Source: Verrucomicrobiota bacterium (GTDB lineage: Bacteria; Verrucomicrobiota; Verrucomicrobiia; Opitutales; Seribacteraceae). Taken from it: 48,260 nt of DNA. Below are positions 8,988 through 19,842 of this stretch, piece by piece. The stretch spans positions 1-48,260 of the forward strand of contig JAQCIX010000001.1 in the NCBI GenBank assembly GCA_027593365.1. The letters run 5' to 3'. The position numbers and the translations under genes are program-made. The notes under the pieces were generated by a model that saw only the letters and a program-made list of their open reading frames with translations, was not told where the DNA came from and made no database searches. Every line of letters begins with the position of its first letter. Within the stretch, counting starts at the first letter, position 1.

Positions 8988-11900
8988 ATGAGTAATTTTT
9001 CGGACACAAGACCTTCAGAAAAAGATTTACGAGACATTCTGAACCGTAGGATTCTTATCCTAGACGGGGCAATGGGAACGATGATTCAACAGGAGAAACT
9101 GGTGGAAGAAGATTTCCGAGGTGACTTGTTTAAAAATCACAAGGGTGAACTCAAGGGAAACAACGACCTTCTTAGCCTTACCCGACCCGATGTAATCAGG
9201 AAGATCCATCAGTCCTACTTCGATGCAGGAAGTGACTTGGTTGAAACCAATACCTTCAGTGCCACCAGTATTGCGATGGAGGATTACCATCTTGAAGAAG
9301 TGGTACACGACCTCAATGTGGCATCCGCAAAGTTAGCAAGGGAAGCAGCCGATGAGGCAATGAGAAAGGATCCTTCACGCCCCAGATTCGTTGCAGGTGC
9401 GATCGGTCCAACAAATCGTACCGCCTCACTCTCTCCAGATGTAAATGATCCCTCAAAACGAAATGTGACTTTCGATCAGTTGGTCGATGCCTACTTTTCC
9501 CAAATCAAAGCTCTCGTGGAAGGAGGTGTCGATATTTTGATGCCCGAGACCACCTTTGATACCCTCAACCTAAAGGCGGCAATCTTTGCCTTGGAAAATT
9601 TCTTCGATCAATCGGGAAATCGCCTCCCGGTTATTCTCTCCATCACCATTACGGATGCCTCCGGACGAACTCTTTCCGGACAAACCACGGAAGCTTGCTG
9701 GAACTCGATTGCCCACGCTAACCCCTTGGGTGTTGGGTTAAACTGTGCTCTGGGTGCCGATGCGATGAGACCCTACCTACAAGCTCTTTCCAAAAATTCG
9801 GATTGCTTTGTACACTGCTACCCAAATGCGGGTCTCCCCAACCCTCTTGCCCCGACTGGATATGACGAAAAACCAGAGGATACAGCCGGTGCCCTTTTTA
9901 CTTTCGCCGATGAAGGGCTACTCAATATGGCAGGTGGCTGCTGTGGAACCACTCCTCCTCACATTCATGCGATCGCCGAAAAATTAAAAGAAGCTGCACC
10001 CAGAGAAGTAGCCAAGATCGACCCTGCGATGCGCCTAAGCGGATTGGAACCATTTGAGATAAAGGGGGAATCCAAATCCCTCATCATGGTGGGTGAACGC
10101 ACCAATGTTACTGGATCCCCAAAATTTAAAAAACTAATCGAAGAAGGTGACTATGACTCCGCACTCAAGATCGCGAAGCAACAAGTGGAGAACGGGGCCA
10201 ATATCATCGATGTAAACTTTGACGCCGCCCTCCTTGATGGCGAAGAGTGCATGACCAAATTCCTCAACCTGGTTGTTTCGGAGCCCGACATTTCTCGGGT
10301 GCCCATTATGATCGACAGTTCAAAATGGTCTGTAATCGAGGCAGGGCTGAAAGTCATTCAAGGAAAGTGCATCATTAATTCGATTAGTCTTAAAGAAGGG
10401 GAAGAGACCTTTAAGAAGCATGCCCGCTTAGCCATGAGGTATGGGGCCGCTGTGGTTGTAATGGCTTTTGATGAAAAGGGACAGGCAGCCACGCTCGATG
10501 ACAAAGTAAGAATCTGTGAACGAGCTTATAAAATTCTGGTTGATGAGGTCCATTTCCCAGCATGGGATATAATTTTTGACCCCAATGTACTCACCCTTGC
10601 CACAGGGATGGATGAGCATAATGCCTATGGTCTAGATTTTATTGATGCGGTTCGGGAGATCAAGAAACGCTGCCCTCATGCCCGGACTAGTGGAGGGATC
10701 AGTAATGTGTCCTTTTCCTTTCGCGGAAATAACCTTGTCCGCGAGGCGATGCATGCAAGTTTCCTTTATCATGGATGCCAAGCCGGGCTCGACATGGGAA
10801 TTGTCAACGCCGGTATGCTCGCAGTTTACGACGAAATCGAGCCGGAGCTCAGGGAAAGGGTGGAAGCCGTTGTCTTAAATAAATCCAAAAATGCTGGCGA
10901 GGAACTGCTGGCCCATGCAGAAAGCATCAAAGACCAAAACGAAAACCGGAAGTCAGAAGGACCGGATCTTAGTTGGCGCGAAAAACCTGTAGCTGAGCGT
11001 CTAACTCATGCATTAGTCAAAGGAATTGGCGATTATGCTGAAGAGGATGCCGAAGAAGCACGCCAATTATTAGGCCGCCCCCTTGATGTAATCGAAGGTC
11101 CTTTAATGGATGGGATGAAGGTTGTGGGTGATCTTTTCGGGGATGGAAAGATGTTTCTCCCTCAGGTGGTTAAGAGTGCCCGGGTGATGAAAAAAGCTGT
11201 CGCCTACCTCGAACCATTCATGGAAAAGGAAAAGGATGCTTCGGGCTCCGGGAAGCGAGGTACCATGGTGATTGCTACTGTAAAAGGAGATGTTCATGAC
11301 ATTGGTAAAAATATCGTGGGTGTCGTTCTTGCCTGTAATAATTGGGAGGTGATCGATTTGGGCGTAATGGTATCCTGTGACAAAATTTTAGAGGCAGTTG
11401 CTAAACACGGCGCCGATGTTCTTGGACTGAGTGGGCTGATTACTCCATCCCTTGATGAAATGATTGATAATGCTAAGGAAATGCAAAGGCTTGGCCTAAA
11501 AATCCCCTTACTTATTGGAGGAGCTACTACCAGTCGTGCTCACACGGCCATCAAAATCGCTCCTCACTATGAATCTCCAGTCATTCAAGTGCCGGATGCT
11601 TCCTTGGTTGTCAACGTGTGTAATGATGTGCTTCATCCTCAGAAATCGACAAAGTATATCGATGATTTAAAAGCAGATCAGTCCCGCATTCGTAAACAAT
11701 ACGAGGAGCAGGGAGAACGGCCTCTTCTTTCCCTTTCCGAAGCTAGATCCAAAGGCTTAAATTTTGATTGGCAAAAACAGGAGATAGCCAGCCCATTAGC
11801 CGATAATTTAGGAACTCATTATTTCGAACCATCACTCGAAGAGGTGCTCGAATTTTTTGATTGGTCTCCCTTTTTCTGGGCCTGGGAACTTAAGGGTACC

Positions 11901-12701
11901 TATCCTCAAATTTTCGAAAAGAAAGAATCAGGCGAAGAAGCGAAAAAATTATTTGATCAGGCTCAGGAACTTCTCCAAGAAATTACCGAACAAAAGCTCT
12001 TTTCCTGCCAGGCTGTTGTTGGTCTTTGGCCGGCCCACAGTTGTGGGGACGATGTGGAATTATTTTCTGATTTATCCAAGGATCACAAGCTAGGATCCTT
12101 TTGTTTTGTAAGGCGCCAGCAGGTCATCCCTAATCAACCACAATTCTGCTTATCCGACTATATTGCCCCCAAATCATCCGGTCGTATGGATTACCTGGGA
12201 GCATTTGCGGTCAATGCAGGGAAGGAAGTCGATATACTCGCAGACCAATATAAAGCTCAAAATGACGACTTCACTTCTATTCTAGTCAAATCCTTGGGAG
12301 ACCGATTTGCCGAAGCCACAGCCGAATATGCTCACAAAAAGATCCGAGATTTATGGGGGTTTGGTCAAGCTGAAGGTTTAAGCAAACAAGATCTTATCGC
12401 TGAGAAGTATCGAGGGATTCGCCCAGCAGCAGGTTACCCCTGTCAACCAGACCACACCGAAAAAGACTTTATTTGGGAGTTGTTAAATGCAAAAGACACC
12501 ATCGGCCTCGAACTTACCGAGTCGCGGGCAATGAATCCAGGATGCTCCGTATCAGGCCTTTATTTTTCGCACCCTGAAGCCAGATATTTCAATGTGGGCA
12601 GTTTGGGCAGGGATCAAGTTGAGGACTACGCGAAACGAAAGGGATGGGAAACCAAACAGGCAATTAAGTGGTTGCGTCCGAATCTTGGCTTTGACGCTTA
12701 G
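8988..12701 (+). CDS. metH: cobalamin-dependent methionine synthase
   Basis: [31 protein letters not shown] (B12-binding) and RPAAGYP activation domain; 1237 aa. Confidence 0.98.
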   Translation: MSNFSDTRPSEKDLRDILNRRILILDGAMGTMIQQEKLVEEDFRGDLFKNHKGELKGNNDLLSLTRPDVIRKIHQSYFDAGSDLVETNTFSATSIAMEDYHLEEVVHDLNVASAKLAREAADEAMRKDPSRPRFVAGAIGPTNRTASLSPDVNDPSKRNVTFDQLVDAYFSQIKALVEGGVDILMPETTFDTLNLKAAIFALENFFDQSGNRLPVILSITITDASGRTLSGQTTEACWNSIAHANPLGVGLNCALGADAMRPYLQALSKNSDCFVHCYPNAGLPNPLAPTGYDEKPEDTAGALFTFADEGLLNMAGGCCGTTPPHIHAIAEKLKEAAPREVAKIDPAMRLSGLEPFEIKGESKSLIMVGERTNVTGSPKFKKLIEEGDYDSALKIAKQQVENGANIIDVNFDAALLDGEECMTKFLNLVVSEPDISRVPIMIDSSKWSVIEAGLKVIQGKCIINSISLKEGEETFKKHARLAMRYGAAVVVMAFDEKGQAATLDDKVRICERAYKILVDEVHFPAWDIIFDPNVLTLATGMDEHNAYGLDFIDAVREIKKRCPHARTSGGISNVSFSFRGNNLVREAMHASFLYHGCQAGLDMGIVNAGMLAVYDEIEPELRERVEAVVLNKSKNAGEELLAHAESIKDQNENRKSEGPDLSWREKPVAERLTHALVKGIGDYAEEDAEEARQLLGRPLDVIEGPLMDGMKVVGDLFGDGKMFLPQVVKSARVMKKAVAYLEPFMEKEKDASGSGKRGTMVIATVKGDVHDIGKNIVGVVLACNNWEVIDLGVMVSCDKILEAVAKHGADVLGLSGLITPSLDEMIDNAKEMQRLGLKIPLLIGGATTSRAHTAIKIAPHYESPVIQVPDASLVVNVCNDVLHPQKSTKYIDDLKADQSRIRKQYEEQGERPLLSLSEARSKGLNFDWQKQEIASPLADNLGTHYFEPSLEEVLEFFDWSPFFWAWELKGTYPQIFEKKESGEEAKKLFDQAQELLQEITEQKLFSCQAVVGLWPAHSCGDDVELFSDLSKDHKLGSFCFVRRQQVIPNQPQFCLSDYIAPKSSGRMDYLGAFAVNAGKEVDILADQYKAQNDDFTSILVKSLGDRFAEATAEYAHKKIRDLWGFGQAEGLSKQDLIAEKYRGIRPAAGYPCQPDHTEKDFIWELLNAKDTIGLELTESRAMNPGCSVSGLYFSHPEARYFNVGSLGRDQVEDYAKRKGWETKQAIKWLRPNLGFDA

Positions 12702-12743
12702 GAGGTTCCTCATCCATCGATTCCATCCGTACCCCATTTGGCA

Positions 12744-12772
12744 TTGCAGGGTGCCAAGTGAAAAAGTATAAC
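12744..12772 (+). promoter_or_regulatory. candidate sigma70 promoter of thrS (near-leaderless)
   Basis: TTGCAG-N17-TATAAC, then 8 nt to ATG 12781. Confidence 0.55.
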
Positions 12773-12780
12773 ATTTCCGC

Positions 12781-14625
12781 ATGAAGGAAATGTCCCCCTT
12801 AGAGGAAATCCGCCATTCCGCCGCTCATGTTCTCGCTACTGCGGTTCTCCGCTTGTACCCGAATACCCAGCTGGATATTGGTCCACCCACCGATTCCGGC
12901 TTTTACTATGACTTTGATTCAGAAATTCCTTTCACTCCCGATGTTCTTCAAAAAATCGAGGAGGAAATGGGTAAAGTGATCAAAGAAAATCAGCGTTTTG
13001 AAAGACTGGAAGTGAGTCGGGATGAGGCTGTATCGATGATCAAAGAAATGAACCAGACCGAGTACAAACTGGGCAGGCTTGATGACATCCCCACAGGGGA
13101 AACTATTTCCTTCTATCGCAATGGAGAATTTCTCGATCTTTGTGCTGGTAGCCATGTTTCTTACACCAAAAAGATCAAAGCTTTCAAATTACTTCATGTT
13201 GCCGGGTCCTACCATCGTGGGGATTCCTCCCAAAAACAGTTGCAAAGGATTTATGGAACCGCTTTCCCGACGAAAGATGAACTCGCCCAGCACCTGGCTC
13301 GTTTGGAGGAGGCAAAAAAGCGCGACCACCGGGTAATTGGAAAAGATCTCGGTCTCTTTCATATCGACGAACAGGTTGGGCAAGGCCTTGTCCTTTGGAA
13401 ACCAAACGGGGCCATCATCCGTCAGGAACTTGAGGGGTTTATTACCGAGCAACTCAACCAGCAGGGATATTCCCAAGTCTATACCCCTCATATCGGCAAG
13501 CTTGATCTCTACCGTACATCAGGACACTTCCCCTACTATCAGGACTCGCAGTACCCACCGATTATTCATCGCGAGTACTTGGATGAATTGGCGGAGGAAG
13601 GATGCACCTGCTCCGATCTTTCCAATAAACTGGAAAAAGGGGAGATCGACGGGTATCTGCTCAAACCCATGAACTGCCCGATGCATATCCGCATCTTTAA
13701 ATCCGAACAACGCTCTTACCGCGACCTCCCTGTCCGACTGGCGGAATTTGGAACGGTTTACCGCTGGGAACAATCTGGCGAACTTAATGGTATGACCCGC
13801 GTACGTGGATTTACTCAGGATGATGCCCACCTGTTTATCCGCGAAGACCAATTACAAAATGAGATACAGGGCTGCCTGAGTCTGGTCAAACTGGTCTTCT
13901 CCACCCTCGGAATGAATGATTACCGCGTTCGGGTGAGCTTACGCGATCCTGGCTCTGATAAGTATGTCGGTGCTCCCGAGGCATGGGACAAAGCAGAGAC
14001 TGCCCTTCGCCATGCGGTGCAAACCCTTGGGGTCGATTATGAGGAGGAACTTGGTGAGGCGGCATTTTACGGGCCAAAAATTGATTTTGTGGTTAAGGAT
14101 GTGATCGGACGGGAATGGCAACTTGGTACAGTACAGGTCGATTACAACCTACCCGAACGTTTTGACCTTTCTTATATCGGGAGCGATAACAGAGATCATC
14201 GTCCCGTAATGATCCACCGTGCACCTTTTGGTTCCATGGAGCGCTTTTGCGGAGTATTGATTGAGCACTTTGGTGGAAACTTCCCAACATGGCTTGCACC
14301 TGAGCAGGTCAGAATTCTTCCAATGAACGATGAAATGATTCCTTATGCGGAAGAATGTCTGATGAAACTTAAGTCTAAAGGTGTGCGGTCCAGTGTGGAT
14401 GGACAATCGGCAAAATTGGGTGCAAAAATCCGTCGTGCAGAGACCGACAAAATCCCACACATGATGATTATTGGTAAAAGAGAAGCAGAGGAAAATAAAG
14501 TTTCCTTACGTTCAAGAAGTAATCCTGAACTGGACGGACCCCATTCGATCGATTCTGCTGTCTCAGCGATCAGAGAGGAAATCTCTTCAAAATCTTTACC
14601 CAAGTCACGGGTCATCGGTTCTTGA
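12781..14625 (+). CDS. thrS: threonine--tRNA ligase
   Basis: RHSAAH editing motif, KPMNCP, RVRGFTQDDAH, GEAAFYGPK, MIHRA; lacks the N-terminal TGS domain. Confidence 0.98.
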   Translation: MKEMSPLEEIRHSAAHVLATAVLRLYPNTQLDIGPPTDSGFYYDFDSEIPFTPDVLQKIEEEMGKVIKENQRFERLEVSRDEAVSMIKEMNQTEYKLGRLDDIPTGETISFYRNGEFLDLCAGSHVSYTKKIKAFKLLHVAGSYHRGDSSQKQLQRIYGTAFPTKDELAQHLARLEEAKKRDHRVIGKDLGLFHIDEQVGQGLVLWKPNGAIIRQELEGFITEQLNQQGYSQVYTPHIGKLDLYRTSGHFPYYQDSQYPPIIHREYLDELAEEGCTCSDLSNKLEKGEIDGYLLKPMNCPMHIRIFKSEQRSYRDLPVRLAEFGTVYRWEQSGELNGMTRVRGFTQDDAHLFIREDQLQNEIQGCLSLVKLVFSTLGMNDYRVRVSLRDPGSDKYVGAPEAWDKAETALRHAVQTLGVDYEEELGEAAFYGPKIDFVVKDVIGREWQLGTVQVDYNLPERFDLSYIGSDNRDHRPVMIHRAPFGSMERFCGVLIEHFGGNFPTWLAPEQVRILPMNDEMIPYAEECLMKLKSKGVRSSVDGQSAKLGAKIRRAETDKIPHMMIIGKREAEENKVSLRSRSNPELDGPHSIDSAVSAIREEISSKSLPKSRVIGS

Positions 14626-14642
14626 TCTGAATTACATTGGAC

Positions 14643-14984
14643 ATGAGCAATTTGTCCGATCGATCTCCGTCAGATAGGAAAAATACTGTGAATGTTATTT
14701 CTCAAACTTTTACCCTTCAGCAAATCTTATCTTTTCCATTTCTGGTTTGCATAAGGGCCTATCGTTTCGTTTCCCCAGTTAAGCAAATAATCTTTGGTCC
14801 CTACGCCCGGTGCCGCTTTCATCCCACCTGTTCTGAATTTGCTCTCGAGTGCTTTCAGACCCTTCCCCTTCATAAAGCTATGACTCGTTCCCTCCTCCGG
14901 ATTTGCCGATGCAATCCAATGCACCCGGGGGGACATGACCCGGTGCATCCACCAAGCGATCTTACATCTAGCCACTCTGAGTAA
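14643..14984 (+). CDS. yidD: membrane protein insertion efficiency factor YidD family
   Basis: CRFHPTCSEF...RICRCNPMHPGGHDPV; start uncertain. Confidence 0.85.
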   Translation: MSNLSDRSPSDRKNTVNVISQTFTLQQILSFPFLVCIRAYRFVSPVKQIIFGPYARCRFHPTCSEFALECFQTLPLHKAMTRSLLRICRCNPMHPGGHDPVHPPSDLTSSHSE

Positions 14985-16417
14985 TGCCGGTCACCGCTTT
15001 TACCGCACCTGCCCATTGCAAACCGACGGACGACTTAACCGGTTATTTTCACAATCTAGTCGAGAAGTCCAAGGCCAGTCATGGGAAGCTGTTCTGTTCT
15101 ATTTCCTACAAAACCACCTTCTCCGACCCTCTCGCATTACTCGAATCTCTTCACCGTCCGGAAAACCCTCACTGCTACTTTGAGAAATCCACCGATGAGT
15201 TCTCTATCGCCTGTGGAGAATATCTTGCTCAAGCAGAGTTTCAAGGAGCAGACCGTTTTCAACATGCTAAAATCTGGTCTGACACCATTTTGCAATCCGT
15301 AGAAAGGGCTGGCGATGCCCCGCTTGCTGGAACAGGGCCTACTATCTTTTTGAATGCTACTTTTGAGTCCGAACAAAGACATTCTGGCCTACCCGCCCTT
15401 TCGGTCTTTCTTCCTCGGTGGCAAGTGATCAACCAGCGAGGGCAACATTTTATAGTTCTCAATACCGAGATTAGACCGGATTCTATCCCTGAGCAAATTC
15501 AGGCTGAACTGATGGGCAGACTCAAATCGATGATTGGGCTTACCTATGAACAGAGCAATCCTGCGGAAAGCAAAACTTTCCCACTAGGCAAATCGAAGGA
15601 AAATTTTGATTATATCGACGGCGTTACCCATGCTCTCGATGAAATTAGTTCCGGAAGGGTTTCCAAAATTGTACTTGCCAGGCAATTAACTTTCGATGTG
15701 CAGAGAAAGCTTTGCCCCTTTTCGATCGCTCATGGATTAAGAGCAAAATTCCCTGACTGCCACGCCTTCAGTCTTTCAGCACCCAACCACGGAACCTGGG
15801 TCGGGGCCAGTCCTGAAACTCTAGCTCATCTTAGCGGTAACAAACTAAGGACGGAAGCTCTGGCCGGTTCTGCACCCCGAGGCCTATCCGCGGGTAAAGA
15901 TGCCCATTGGGGGAAAACCCTCTTAGCTCGAGAAAAAGAGGTTCATGAACATAACCTTGTTATCGAAAGTATTCATCGTCGCCTTGCATCCGTGGGCGTA
16001 AGCAACCTTCATCAAGGTCTGCCCCGTTTGCTTCGTCTCGCCAATCTCCAACATGTTCGGACTCCTGTTAAAGGGAACATACCTTCCGGACTTCATCCAT
16101 TTGAAATTTTATCCGCATTACATCCAACCCCTGCAATGGGAGGGAGCCCAAGATTGCCTGCCCTTACCAAACTTGCTGAGATAGAAAAACATCCCCGTGG
16201 CTGGTATTCTGGGGTTGCTGGATGGATGGATTCCCGGGGGCGAGCAGAATTCATTGTTCCTATCCGTTGTGGAAGGTTGTTTAGAAACTCCCTAACCTTG
16301 TATGCTGGTGCTGGAATTGTCGATGGTTCGATCCCCGCACATGAAAAACAAGAGACAGATTGGAAACTGCAAGCCATGCTTGAAGTCATCACTGGAAGCC
16401 CTAATCTTCCAGGTTGA
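14984..16417 (+). CDS. menF: isochorismate synthase
   Basis: KIVLAR, GASPE, EALAGS, LHPTPAMGG, RGWYSG, YAGAGIV; directly upstream of menD. Confidence 0.9.
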   Translation: MPVTAFTAPAHCKPTDDLTGYFHNLVEKSKASHGKLFCSISYKTTFSDPLALLESLHRPENPHCYFEKSTDEFSIACGEYLAQAEFQGADRFQHAKIWSDTILQSVERAGDAPLAGTGPTIFLNATFESEQRHSGLPALSVFLPRWQVINQRGQHFIVLNTEIRPDSIPEQIQAELMGRLKSMIGLTYEQSNPAESKTFPLGKSKENFDYIDGVTHALDEISSGRVSKIVLARQLTFDVQRKLCPFSIAHGLRAKFPDCHAFSLSAPNHGTWVGASPETLAHLSGNKLRTEALAGSAPRGLSAGKDAHWGKTLLAREKEVHEHNLVIESIHRRLASVGVSNLHQGLPRLLRLANLQHVRTPVKGNIPSGLHPFEILSALHPTPAMGGSPRLPALTKLAEIEKHPRGWYSGVAGWMDSRGRAEFIVPIRCGRLFRNSLTLYAGAGIVDGSIPAHEKQETDWKLQAMLEVITGSPNLPG

Positions 16418-18097
16418 ATGACAAGCGTACCCGACTCCCCTGCCCAAGCTAACTTTTTTTGGGGGCACACCATTGCCCGAAGTTTGGCTGACATTGGGGT
16501 TGAAGTTGTATTTTTTTCCCCTGGATCGCGATCCACGCCTCTTGTCCTCGGGTGTGAACAGGAGGCTCGTCTATCGTGTTTCGCGGTATTAGATGAAAGG
16601 ACTGCAGCGTTTCTAGCCTTAGGTCATAGCAAGCGCACCTGTATCCCAACCGCTCTCATTTGCACATCTGGCTCTGCACCTGCCCACTGGTTCCCTGCTG
16701 TTACGGAAGCTTCCTACTCTGGTGTACCCCTCCTACTTTTATCCGCAGACCGCCCTCCGGAACTCCAGGAATGCGGAGCTGGGCAAACGATCAACCAAGA
16801 AAATTTATTCGGTTCTTTTGTTCGAAAATTTTTCCCTGCACCTATACCAGCTGAAGATTTTCATTCGCTCACAAACTTACAAGGTTTGATTTCCAATGCC
16901 TATGCCCTGGCGACCTCACAAACCCCAGGCCCTGTACACATAAATTTTGCTTTTCGAGAACCCCTTTGGCCCAGTTCAACGGACCTTCCCGAAATACCCC
17001 TCCTGGACCCAAGCCCCAAAGTCGCAGTTGCACCTTCATTGAATCACACTCCTGACCTTATTGACCTAAAGCATGCCCAACGCCCAGTTATCATAGCCGG
17101 GCTAAATTGTTTAGCAGACCTTCCTGTTTCTTTCGATTCCATACCCATTTTGTGCGATTCTCTCAGCCCTCTAAGAGAACAGGATCATCCCTCCCGAATT
17201 CTCCGATACGAAAACATGTTGAGATGCCCAGAGTTTCTCAATTCTGTACAACCGGACCTTTTTATTTTACTCGGTCCCCTACCCACCTCGAAAACTCTTC
17301 GCGGTTGGATTGAACAAAGTGGAGTGGAACGCTTTGTGATTGAACCCAGTGGAAGAAAGGTCGACCCGCTCAATGGCACCTCCCGTTCCGAGGCTCTCCC
17401 TTTCAATCAATTATCAAAATTAAGGTTATCTAAACCGTCTGCCGATTGGTTAAAAAAATGGACCGAAGCTGAACTATTCATCGAAACCAAGCTCCAGACG
17501 AGATTGGAAGCCCTTCCATTTAATTCCGAATCTAAAATTGCACGTATTCTTTCACAACATCTGCCCAAAGAGTCCTTATTTTACTGTGCGAATAGTATGC
17601 CTATCCGGGATATGGAGTGGTTTTGGAAAGCAAGCAACCTGAATAGAAAGTTATTTGGTGCACGTGGAGTCAATGGGATCGATGGGACCTTGGCCACTAC
17701 CATGGGACTAGCTCATTTAGCGGAAAATCCTGTTTTCCTCCTTACCGGGGATCTTGCCTTTTTACATGATTCGAACGCCCTTCTTTTTGCATCTAGTCTG
17801 ATCGGTTCTCTTACCGTTTTTTTGATTAATAACCATGGGGGGGGCATTTTTGAAAATCTCCCAGTTTCTCAATTAGCAGAATTTGAAAAATGTTTCGCAA
17901 CTCCCCAAAATTGTAATTTTGAAAAACTATGTTCGGCTCACTCCGTTTCCTACCATCTCTGTAAGAATGAAAAAGAGTTCAAATCCTTTCTTCTTCACCC
18001 TCCAGAAAAAGGAGTTCGTGTGATTGAGATTCAAACGGATCGGAAAGTAGACCGAGAGATTCGCAAAAACCTTCTTTCGATCTCAACTACTTCTTAA
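16418..18097 (+). CDS. menD: SEPHCHC synthase
   Basis: SPGSRSTPL, DERTAAF, ADRPPEL, ANSMPIRD, RGVNGIDG, GDLAFLHD...NNHGGGIF. Confidence 0.95.
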   Translation: MTSVPDSPAQANFFWGHTIARSLADIGVEVVFFSPGSRSTPLVLGCEQEARLSCFAVLDERTAAFLALGHSKRTCIPTALICTSGSAPAHWFPAVTEASYSGVPLLLLSADRPPELQECGAGQTINQENLFGSFVRKFFPAPIPAEDFHSLTNLQGLISNAYALATSQTPGPVHINFAFREPLWPSSTDLPEIPLLDPSPKVAVAPSLNHTPDLIDLKHAQRPVIIAGLNCLADLPVSFDSIPILCDSLSPLREQDHPSRILRYENMLRCPEFLNSVQPDLFILLGPLPTSKTLRGWIEQSGVERFVIEPSGRKVDPLNGTSRSEALPFNQLSKLRLSKPSADWLKKWTEAELFIETKLQTRLEALPFNSESKIARILSQHLPKESLFYCANSMPIRDMEWFWKASNLNRKLFGARGVNGIDGTLATTMGLAHLAENPVFLLTGDLAFLHDSNALLFASSLIGSLTVFLINNHGGGIFENLPVSQLAEFEKCFATPQNCNFEKLCSAHSVSYHLCKNEKEFKSFLLHPPEKGVRVIEIQTDRKVDREIRKNLLSISTTS

Positions 18098-18102
18098 AAA
18101 TC

Positions 18103-18903
18103 ATGCCCGAACTTGCTGAGGTTGCTTATGCATGTACCATGTGGGAAAAAGGGTTAAATCGACCGATTCAATCTGTTTACACTCATAAGATATCTAGAGT
18201 CTTTAGAGATGAAGACCGAACATGCTACCAACAGCTTAAGGGAAAAACACTTCGATCTGCTCAAACTCATGGTAAACAAATGCTGTTTTCTTTTTCCGGG
18301 AATTTGTGGCTTGGCTTACATTTGGGAATGACTGGATGGTTATACCACGAAAAATCTGGATATTCTCCAAATAAACATGACGCGCTGCTTCTCACACAGA
18401 CTAATCAATGCCTCGTTTTTCGGGATCCCAGGCAATTTGGGCGACTTAGGCTTGAGCAAGGGAAGTCTGTTCCTACTTGGTGGAGCGAACGTCCAGTTTC
18501 CATGTTGAGTAAGGAATTTAATTTCGAAATTTTATCCAATGCCCTTAAGCGACATACCAAACGTCCTCTAAAAGCCCTCCTTCTTGACCAACGCTATTTC
18601 CCTGGCATGGGAAACTGGATGGCTGATGAAGTTCTTTGGCGGGCTAAGATTCACCCTGGCTGCCTATCACTCATTCTTAGCAACCAGCAGCAGAAAGTTC
18701 TTTTTAAGCAAATCTTATTTGTGGCAAACGGTGCAATAAAATCAGTGGGAGTACATGGCGGAGACCCACCTGCAAACTGGCTATTTCATCAAAGGTGGAA
18801 GGATGGCGGCATATGTCCAAAATCAGATACTCCTTTGGTTCGATCCCAAATAGGAGGCCGAACCACCTGCTGGTCCCCCACTTTACAAGTCCTCAGAAAA
18901 TAG
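18103..18903 (+). CDS. mutM: Fpg/Nei family DNA glycosylase/AP lyase
   Basis: N-terminal PELAEV, HLGMTG, FRDPRQFG, H2TH motif LLDQ...GMGNWMADE; degenerate C-terminal finger. Confidence 0.85.
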   Translation: MPELAEVAYACTMWEKGLNRPIQSVYTHKISRVFRDEDRTCYQQLKGKTLRSAQTHGKQMLFSFSGNLWLGLHLGMTGWLYHEKSGYSPNKHDALLLTQTNQCLVFRDPRQFGRLRLEQGKSVPTWWSERPVSMLSKEFNFEILSNALKRHTKRPLKALLLDQRYFPGMGNWMADEVLWRAKIHPGCLSLILSNQQQKVLFKQILFVANGAIKSVGVHGGDPPANWLFHQRWKDGGICPKSDTPLVRSQIGGRTTCWSPTLQVLRK

Positions 18904-19842
18904 TTTTCTGGCGTCCTCGCAGTCTTGCTTGATTTGTAATTTTAGCTCTTCAAGACCATCAAATTTCTTCTCAGATCGGATCATGGCATTCAATTCCATA
19001 GATAAGGAAGCACCTTCTTTCCAAACCGATAGATCTGGGCTTTCTAGGCAATGAATTTCCAAGATGGGCAAATCATCCCTTTGGTTGACTGTAGGTCTCA
19101 GTCCATAGTTGGCCACAGCGGGGATCTTTTGGCCACCCTTCGATTCCTGGGCAAAACCAACATAAACCCCATAAGCGGGTTTTGCCTCGGGTGACCAAGT
19201 AACATTGAGAGTAGGGAAACCTATCGTCCGACCAAGTGCCTTCCCCGGTTGTACATTTCCGCTCACCTTGTATTTTCTACCTAGCATCTGATTGACCCTC
19301 ATCATATCCCCGCGGGATAATGCATCCCGGATGAGAGAACTACTTATTGGGAGATCATCCAAGATAAGGGACTCCGCTACTTTAACTTTTATTCCAGCCC
19401 CCAAGCCCAACTGGATTAAAGTCATGGAATCCCCTGCCCGGTTTTTTCCAAAACGAAAATTTTTGCCTACGCAAATCGAGTGAACTAAAGGGATTCTTTC
19501 CTTCAAAAAAACAATAAACTGATCCGCAGGAACCTCTGAAATTTCCTGATCAAAAGGATGCATAATCACCGCCGACATTCCACTGGACAAAAGTCTGGTC
19601 GCTTTTTCCGATGGACTCATTACCAAAGCTGGTTCTCTACCTGGTCTTAAAAAAGATGCCGGGTGCATTGGAAAAGTGAGAGCGGCACTTGTGCCCAAAA
19701 ATCTACGAGCTTCAGAAACTGCCTGATCTAGCACTACCTGGTGCCCACGGTGAACTCCGTCAAACATTCCCAGTGCCAAGCAAACCTCTTCTTTCCACTC
19801 CCTTCCAAAATTGGAAATCGAGTCAAAGACTCGTTCGATCAT
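18883..19842 (-). CDS. ribF: bifunctional riboflavin kinase/FAD synthetase
   Basis: GMFDGVHRGH, NFRFG, ISSSLIR, GRTIGFPTLN, NYGLRPT. Confidence 0.95.
   Translation of the reverse strand: MIERVFDSISNFGREWKEEVCLALGMFDGVHRGHQVVLDQAVSEARRFLGTSAALTFPMHPASFLRPGREPALVMSPSEKATRLLSSGMSAVIMHPFDQEISEVPADQFIVFLKERIPLVHSICVGKNFRFGKNRAGDSMTLIQLGLGAGIKVKVAESLILDDLPISSSLIRDALSRGDMMRVNQMLGRKYKVSGNVQPGKALGRTIGFPTLNVTWSPEAKPAYGVYVGFAQESKGGQKIPAVANYGLRPTVNQRDDLPILEIHCLESPDLSVWKEGASLSMELNAMIRSEKKFDGLEELKLQIKQDCEDARKLFSEDL

Noticed and set aside
18883-18903. Convergent 3' overlaps (fpg/ribF 21 bp; also DUF6580-like/rlmB 53 bp)
   Set aside because: Ordinary in compact genomes; no sign of frameshift or pseudogenisation
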